Below, one piece after another: positions 51,682-57,344 of a DNA stretch of 57,344 nucleotides. The translations under genes were made by a program, and so were the position numbers. Under the pieces are notes generated by a model. That model saw nothing but the letters and a program-made list of their open reading frames with translations, had not been told where the DNA came from and ran no database searches. Source of the DNA: Collinsella sp. (lineage in GTDB: Bacteria; Actinomycetota; Coriobacteriia; Coriobacteriales; Coriobacteriaceae); NCBI GenBank assembly GCA_019419405.1, contig DYAA01000106.1:1-57344 (forward strand). Reading direction: 5' to 3'. Within the stretch, counting starts at the first letter, position 1; every line of letters starts with the position of its first letter.

Positions 51682-54576
51682 TTATGACAGCTTGACGATC
51701 GGAGCGAATCCCTTCATGAGCTTTTTGGTCTGGCCGGTCTTTTCGAACTGGACCTCGATCATGTCTCCGGCGACCGAGATCACGGTACCCGTGCCAAAGG
51801 TCTTATGGCTCACGGTATCGCCCGCGGCAAAGTCCTGCGATGCGCTGGCGCGATCGACCTTGCGCTCCACCGTCGGGGACACCTTGGACGACGGCTTTTT
51901 GGCTCGCGGCGCGCCCGAGCCAAAGGTCGAGGCAACACGGCCGGCGTCGGGCGAGACCCCACGATGGCGCTCGGTCCCGTAGCTGCTGCCACCAAAGAAA
52001 TCGTCAAAGCTCGATCCGCCGCGCGAACCGGAACCGCCAGTCGAGCGCGTATGCGAACCAAATACCTTGCCGCCGTACATATCCGAACCCATGCCCGAGC
52101 CAAAGGTGCCGTGACGGTCGCCGCGCTTCTCCCAACCCGTGCCTTCAAAACCGGCAGAACCGATACCGCTAAACTCGATATCCTCAAACGGAATCTCGTT
52201 GAGGAAGCGCGAGCGCGGGTTGGCAGAGGTCGAGCCGTAGGTGCGACGCGTGGCCGCATAGGTCAGGAACAGGCGCTTACGGGCACGCGTGATGGCGACG
52301 TAGGCCAGGCGACGCTCCTCCTCGAGCTTACCCGGGTCATCGCTGCCGCCAAAGTCGTGCACGTGCGGGAAGATGCCCTCCTCCATGCCGGCCACGAACA
52401 CCGCCGGGAACTCCAGGCCCTTGGCGGAGTGGATGGTCATCATGGTAATGGCATGCGTCTCGCCGGCCAGGGAATCCAAGTCGGAGCGCAGGGCCAGCCA
52501 CTCCATGAGTGCCGGTAGCGCCTTACAGGTGAGCGGAGCATAGGTGCGCTCAATCTCGTCGGCATGCACGGCACCCGCCGGCATCCCCGTCGGCGCGGCA
52601 TACGCGTTGCCCGCGATGGCGGCGGCCAGGGCATCCTGCGGCGAGAGCGCCGGGGCGGCTAGGCTATCGAGCGGATTGGAACCTGCGGCATCGCGCGCGC
52701 CGACGAGTGCCTCAAACGAGGATGCCGGGGCAAATGGCCCCGGTTCGGGCGCGGGCGCGCTCACCACGACGGGCTCGGCGCCGGCAGGCACGTCGGCAAC
52801 ACCAGCTGCGCGCAGCTCTTCCAAGCTCTCGAGCGTACCCTCGATGTCCTCGTGCGTCTCCTCAAATTCGGCAGCGACGCCCAGGAATTCCTGGATGTTC
52901 TCGGCACGGCTCTCAGACTCCATGGTGCCCTCGGCGCGAAACGCCTGCAGCAGACCCGTCTTATCGACAATCATCTCGACGACGTCCTTGAGCTCGCCGT
53001 CCATGCGGCGGCCCTCGCGCACCAGCGACACAAAGCTTGACAGGCCATTGCGGACCTTGGCGCTAAACATGCCGGTTTCGGCACACGCAATCTCGCAAGC
53101 CTGGAAGAACGAGCAACGGTTGTCGCGCGCCAGCTGCTCGATTTTTTGGATCGAGGTGGAGCCGATGCCACGGCGCGGTGTGTTGATGACGCGCTTGACG
53201 CTCATCTCGTCGGCCGGGTTCACGATCATCTTAAGGTAGGCCATGACATCACGGATCTCGGCACGGTCGAAGAATCGCGTGCCGCCCACGATCTTGTAGG
53301 GCACGCCCGCGCGCAGGAACATATCTTCGAGGATACGCGACTGGGCGTTGGTGCGATAGAACACGGCAATGTCGTCGTAGCTCGTGCCTTTGGCATGCAG
53401 CTTCTCGATCTCGCCGGCAATCCAGCGGCCCTCGTCGCGCTCGTCGCTCGCCTGGAAGGCCTGGATCTTCTCGCCATCGCCCTCGGCCGTAAACAGGCGC
53501 TTGTCCTTGCGCTGCGAGTTGTGGCGTACCACGGCGTTGGCGGCGTTCAGGATATGACCCGTGGAACGATAGTTCTGCTCCAGCTTGACGGTCTTGCAGT
53601 TTTTAAAATCCTTCTCAAAGTCCAGGATATTGGTGATGTCGGCGCCACGCCAGCTGTAAATGGACTGGTCATCGTCGCCCACGACCATGAGGTTTTGGTA
53701 CTTGGCGGCCAGCAGGTTGGCGATTTCGTACTGGACGTGGTTGGTGTCCTGATACTCGTCGACGCTAATGTAGCGGAAGCGCTCTTGGTACTTATCGAGC
53801 ACCTCGGGGCGGGTGCGCAGCAGCTCAAGCGCGCGCACGAGCAGGTCGTCGAAGTCCATCGCATTGGCGGCGCGCAAGCGACGCTCCAGCTCCAAGTAGA
53901 CCTGTGCGGCCTTTTTATCGTTGGGGCTATCGGCGCTCTTGAGCATGTCCTCGGGGCCGATCATGGCGTTTTTGGCCGAGCTGATCTTGCTGCGGATCAT
54001 GTTGATGGGGAACTGCTTTTGCTCGATGCCGAGCGCCTGCATAATGTCGCGCACCATGCGCTTTGAGTCATCGTCATCGTAGATGGTGAACTGGCCGGTG
54101 TAGCCCAGCAGGTCGGCGTCCTCGCGCAGCATGCGCACGCACATGGCATGGAAGGTGCACACCCACATGCCGCGGGTACCGCTGGGAATGAGCGCCGCCA
54201 GACGCTCGCGCATCTCGGCCGCGGCCTTGTTGGTAAACGTGATGGCAAGAACCTGCCAAGGCTTAACACCCAGGTCGCCGAGCATATGTGCGATGCGGAA
54301 GGTCAAGACGCGGGTCTTGCCCGAGCCGGCGCCGGCGAGCACCAGCAACGGACCCTCGGTGGACAGGACCGCCTCGCGCTGGGCGGGATTAAGGCTGTCA
54401 ATGTCGACGAGCGGCTTGGCGGGCTTGGGCGCCGGCGCGGGAGCGTCGTAGATGTCGAGCGGGACGAGCTCGGGCTCCGGCGCTGCAGGGGCGGTGTATG
54501 CATCGAGCGGCACGGGTTCCGGCGCGGGCGGCACGGGTACCGCGGCGTTCTTTTCCCAGGGCAGGGGCTGGGTCAT
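51682..54576 (-). CDS. pcrA: UvrD/PcrA SF1 DNA helicase
   Basis: AGAGSGKT, TFTNKAA, DEYQDTN, VGDDDQSIY.WRGA, LEQNYRS, TIHSAKGLEF, EERRLAYVAITRA, C-terminal Tudor-like domain. Confidence 0.96.
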   Translation of the reverse strand: MTQPLPWEKNAAVPVPPAPEPVPLDAYTAPAAPEPELVPLDIYDAPAPAPKPAKPLVDIDSLNPAQREAVLSTEGPLLVLAGAGSGKTRVLTFRIAHMLGDLGVKPWQVLAITFTNKAAAEMRERLAALIPSGTRGMWVCTFHAMCVRMLREDADLLGYTGQFTIYDDDDSKRMVRDIMQALGIEQKQFPINMIRSKISSAKNAMIGPEDMLKSADSPNDKKAAQVYLELERRLRAANAMDFDDLLVRALELLRTRPEVLDKYQERFRYISVDEYQDTNHVQYEIANLLAAKYQNLMVVGDDDQSIYSWRGADITNILDFEKDFKNCKTVKLEQNYRSTGHILNAANAVVRHNSQRKDKRLFTAEGDGEKIQAFQASDERDEGRWIAGEIEKLHAKGTSYDDIAVFYRTNAQSRILEDMFLRAGVPYKIVGGTRFFDRAEIRDVMAYLKMIVNPADEMSVKRVINTPRRGIGSTSIQKIEQLARDNRCSFFQACEIACAETGMFSAKVRNGLSSFVSLVREGRRMDGELKDVVEMIVDKTGLLQAFRAEGTMESESRAENIQEFLGVAAEFEETHEDIEGTLESLEELRAAGVADVPAGAEPVVVSAPAPEPGPFAPASSFEALVGARDAAGSNPLDSLAAPALSPQDALAAAIAGNAYAAPTGMPAGAVHADEIERTYAPLTCKALPALMEWLALRSDLDSLAGETHAITMMTIHSAKGLEFPAVFVAGMEEGIFPHVHDFGGSDDPGKLEEERRLAYVAITRARKRLFLTYAATRRTYGSTSANPRSRFLNEIPFEDIEFSGIGSAGFEGTGWEKRGDRHGTFGSGMGSDMYGGKVFGSHTRSTGGSGSRGGSSFDDFFGGSSYGTERHRGVSPDAGRVASTFGSGAPRAKKPSSKVSPTVERKVDRASASQDFAAGDTVSHKTFGTGTVISVAGDMIEVQFEKTGQTKKLMKGFAPIVKLS

Positions 54577-54716
54577 GGGCGACTCCTCATCTGACGGACG
54601 GCGCGCCTGCGGGCAGCGCCATAGTTTGAGCCGTACCAGTATACCGAGCCGCGCGGACACCGACGCAAATCACACCACGACTCCGTGCGCCGCCGTCAGG
54701 TCCGCCCCAGCGGATT

Positions 54717-54781
54717 TGGCGCAAAGGTGTCAGGTTAGTCTGCACCACGTTGGTGCAAAGAAACCTGACCCCAATGTACCA
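54717..54781. repeat. REP-like inverted doublet
   Basis: TGGCGCAAAGGTGTCAGGTTAGTCTGCACCA-cgt-TGGTGCAAAGAAACCTGACCCCAATGTACCA. Confidence 0.7.
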
Positions 54782-54932
54782 ATCACGGAACCGCCGATGT
54801 CATGGCCACGGTAGCGAGCGGCGGCCAGGGCGAACAAATTGGCATGAAAAGAGGGCGGCATAGACCTTTTGGTCATGCCACCCCCTTTGAATGACAAGTT
54901 GTCGCCCTGGCCGTCGCGCAGCGTCAACTAAG

Positions 54933-55907
54933 TTAGAGGCCGAGCATCGGCTCCAGGACAAAGAAGTACGCGAGAACCACGATGCCCAGGATGATGCGGT
55001 AGACGCCGAAGCACTTGAAGTCGTGACGGCGCACGAAACCCATAAGCCACTTGATGGCGATAAGCGAAACCACAAAGGCCACGATGCAGCCCACGCCCAG
55101 GATGGCGATCTCGTTGGTGCCGAAAGTACCGCCCTTAATAAAGTACTTGACCAGCTTGAGCGCGCTCGCGCCAAACATGACGGGAATGGCCAGGAAGAAC
55201 GTGAACTTAGACGCCACCGAGCGTGTGCAGCCAAGCAGCAGGCCGCCGATGATGGTGGAGCCGGAGCGCGATGTGCCCGGAATCAGCGAAAGCACCTGGA
55301 AGCAACCGATACCCAGCGCGGTCTTCCAGCTCAGGTCCTCGAGCGTAGTGATGGAGCCAAAGTCTAGGCTATCGTCATCGTCTGCAGCGGCAGTCGCAGT
55401 GGACGTGGCAAAATGCGCACCAGCGGGGCGTCCGCCCGTCACCACGGCACGCGAACCAAACGAACCGGCAAGAGCGGCCTGGTCGCGCTTGTTCGCGCGC
55501 CAGTTCTCGATCACGATAAACAGCACGCCGTACACAATGAGCGCCAGCGCCACGACGGGAGCATTATAGAAATGCTCCTCCATCCAGTCGTTAAGCGGCA
55601 GACCGATCGCCGCGGCGGGAATGCAGCCAAGCACAATCTTGCCCCACAACACCCAGGTGTCACGACGGCCCTCCTTGCCCTTGCTGGGAGAAAACGGATT
55701 AAGGTCGTAGAAGAACAGGACGCAGACGGCCAAAATGGCGCCAAGCTGAATCACGACCAGGAACATATTCCAGAACGTCTCGCTCACGTTCATCTTGACG
55801 AACTCGTCCACCAAGATCATGTGGCCCGTCGACGAAACGGGCAGCCATTCGGTGATGCCCTCGACCAGGCCCATGAAGGCAGATTTTAGAAGCTCGATAA
55901 TATCCAA
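54933..55907 (-). CDS. uppP: Undecaprenyl-diphosphate phosphatase (BacA)
   Basis: EGITEWLPVSSTGH, IQLGAILAV, PGTSRSGSTI, F.LAIP, F..YRI. TTG start with GAGGGG RBS. Confidence 0.95.
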   Translation of the reverse strand: MDIIELLKSAFMGLVEGITEWLPVSSTGHMILVDEFVKMNVSETFWNMFLVVIQLGAILAVCVLFFYDLNPFSPSKGKEGRRDTWVLWGKIVLGCIPAAAIGLPLNDWMEEHFYNAPVVALALIVYGVLFIVIENWRANKRDQAALAGSFGSRAVVTGGRPAGAHFATSTATAAADDDDSLDFGSITTLEDLSWKTALGIGCFQVLSLIPGTSRSGSTIIGGLLLGCTRSVASKFTFFLAIPVMFGASALKLVKYFIKGGTFGTNEIAILGVGCIVAFVVSLIAIKWLMGFVRRHDFKCFGVYRIILGIVVLAYFFVLEPMLGL

Positions 55908-56156
55908 AGGGACCCCCTCGTTAGACACCCGCCGGTAGATGTTCTGCGGACGATGCGGGCGATGTCCCATTATCAACCGTTGGCGGTGCGACCGCGCCTA
56001 CCCTTACCAAAAAACTCGCCCGTTCACAGAATTGCGAGCAGTTAAACCGAAATCCTTGGGTATAACTGCAACAAGATAAAGTGTCCGGCGGTCAACGCAC
56101 CCGCGCCCGCCCGACGCACGAGCCCCGCGCCCGTGCGATAGACCAAGGAGGAAACC

Positions 56157-56594
56157 ATGAACGAGGGTTACACCAAGGTATTTGTTTCACTCGACGGTAC
56201 TGAGCAGCAGGATTTTGTGCTCGCACGCGCCATCAAGGTCGCCGCGAACAACGGCGCCAAGCTGATTATCGGCCACGTTATCGATTCCACGGCGCTCGAG
56301 AGCGCCGGCTCCTATCCGGTCGATTTGGTCAACGGTCTGGAGGAGGCCTTTAAGAACTCCATCGAAAAGCAGCTCGAAGAGGCCAAGGCCAATCCCGATA
56401 TTCCCGAGGTCGAAGTCATGATTCGCGCCGGCCGTATTCGTGAGACGCTCAAAGACGAGATGCTCGACGTGGTCAAGCCCGACCTGGTGCTCTGCGGCGC
56501 CCGCGGCCTGTCCTCGATCAAGTATGCGCTGCTGGGTTCGATTTCGACGTTCCTGCTGCGCAATACGGACTGCGACATTTTGGTCGTGAAGTAG
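56157..56594 (+). CDS. Universal stress protein
   Basis: YTKVFV.LDG, DLV.CGARGLS....LLGS.S..LLRN..CDILVVK. AAGGAGG RBS. Confidence 0.94.
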   Translation: MNEGYTKVFVSLDGTEQQDFVLARAIKVAANNGAKLIIGHVIDSTALESAGSYPVDLVNGLEEAFKNSIEKQLEEAKANPDIPEVEVMIRAGRIRETLKDEMLDVVKPDLVLCGARGLSSIKYALLGSISTFLLRNTDCDILVVK

Positions 56595-56740
56595 CGTTGC
56601 TCCCACCGGCCGCGGGGCCTGCGGGGTTTCCACGGGCACGTCCTCGCCGCGTTGCGGCTGCGGGATGTGCCCTTAGGAAACCCCTCCCGGCCCCGCGGCC
56701 TTCGCAGCCTTACTTCAGCGAGTTGGCTGATAAAAGATGG

Positions 56741-56770
56741 CGTGCCGCCCCGTTTGGGGCGGCACGTTTT
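56741..56770 (+). terminator. Intrinsic terminator after usp
   Basis: CGTGCCGCCCC-gttt-GGGGCGGCACG followed by TTTT. Confidence 0.8.
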
Positions 56771-56815
56771 GTTTTGGCTGCACGTTTTTGTTTGGGTGGG
56801 CGTCTGCCGCGTGCG

Positions 56816-57344
56816 TTACTCGAAATATTGAAACTTATTCGTTGAAAACGCGAATGTTACGACGAAGCCTTCGCCGGGCTCGGATGCCGCGGTGACGTCG
56901 ATGCCCATCTTGGAGCACAGGCGCGCCACCAGGTAGAGGCCGATGCCCGTTGCGCGCTTGGTGGTGCGGCCGTTGTCGCCGGTAAAACCCTTCTCGAACA
57001 CGCGCGGCAGGTCGGCCGCGCTCACGCCGCAGCCGTTGTCCGCGACGGTAAGCTCGATGCGTTCGCTCGCCAGGCCCTCGTCCAGCAACGCGCCCGAAAA
57101 CACGATCTTTGCGCCGTCCTCGCGCGCATATTTGATGCTGTTCTGAATAAGCTGGCCTAGAATAAACTCGAGCCACTTCTCGTCGGTAAAGACCTCAAAG
57201 TCGAGGTTCTCGCACACCGGAGCCACGTGCGCCGCGATAAGCTCGCGCGCGTTGGCTTTAATCGCGCCCGTCACCAGGGTCTTGAGATCCCAACGGCGAA
57301 TCAGGTAGTCGCGCTCCACGACTTCCGAGCGCGCATAGTACAGC
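56816..57344 (-). CDS. Sensor histidine kinase, C-terminal part (BceS/GraS-like), truncated by window edge
   Basis: LYYARSE...DYLI, TDEKWL.FI..Q...NSIKY, DNGCG, RVFEKGFTG.NGR, ATGIGLYL. Confidence 0.92.
   Translation of the reverse strand, partial: LYYARSEVVERDYLIRRWDLKTLVTGAIKANARELIAAHVAPVCENLDFEVFTDEKWLEFILGQLIQNSIKYAREDGAKIVFSGALLDEGLASERIELTVADNGCGVSAADLPRVFEKGFTGDNGRTTKRATGIGLYLVARLCSKMGIDVTAASEPGEGFVVTFAFSTNKFQYFE

Noticed and set aside
54933..57344. uppP plus BceS-like kinase as an acquired bacitracin-resistance island
   Set aside because: No mobility genes or compositional shift, and the genes are separated by usp. The rest of the two-component/ABC locus is outside the window.

Overview
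High-GC chromosomal window whose gene content looks like a gut Coriobacteriia genome (Collinsella-like; inference). Bases 1-8054 are the right arm of an integrative mobilizable element inserted at a tRNA-Thr(CGT). The arm contains, in order: the 3' end of an IS21, an RP4-like oriT, a MOB_P-type relaxase, a VirD4-like coupling protein, MobC, a DnaB-like helicase, an excisionase-like HTH, a divergent unknown gene, a tyrosine integrase and the duplicated tRNA 3' half (attR). The rest is backbone. It holds a GalNAc (aga) PTS and catabolism cluster with a leftover duplicate of the nagA 3' end, and housekeeping genes (icd-like, DegV, raiA/hpf, comFC, PSP1/RicT, holB, tmk, an archaeal-looking topoisomerase IA, hypAB, tatAC, nhaA, ppaC, pcrA, uppP, usp, a partial histidine kinase). 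It also holds a gmu-like beta-glycoside/mannoside PTS cluster. Non-coding highlights are a ~265-nt raiA-motif structured RNA with its own promoter, two copies of a ~220-bp element with 47-bp terminal inverted repeats (one directly behind a PD-(D/E)XK-like nuclease gene), REP-like palindromes, a perfect 38-bp-arm palindrome and a terminator inside the nhaA leader. No CRISPR array, rRNA or intact tRNA was seen. All family assignments come from motif recognition by eye; no searches were run.
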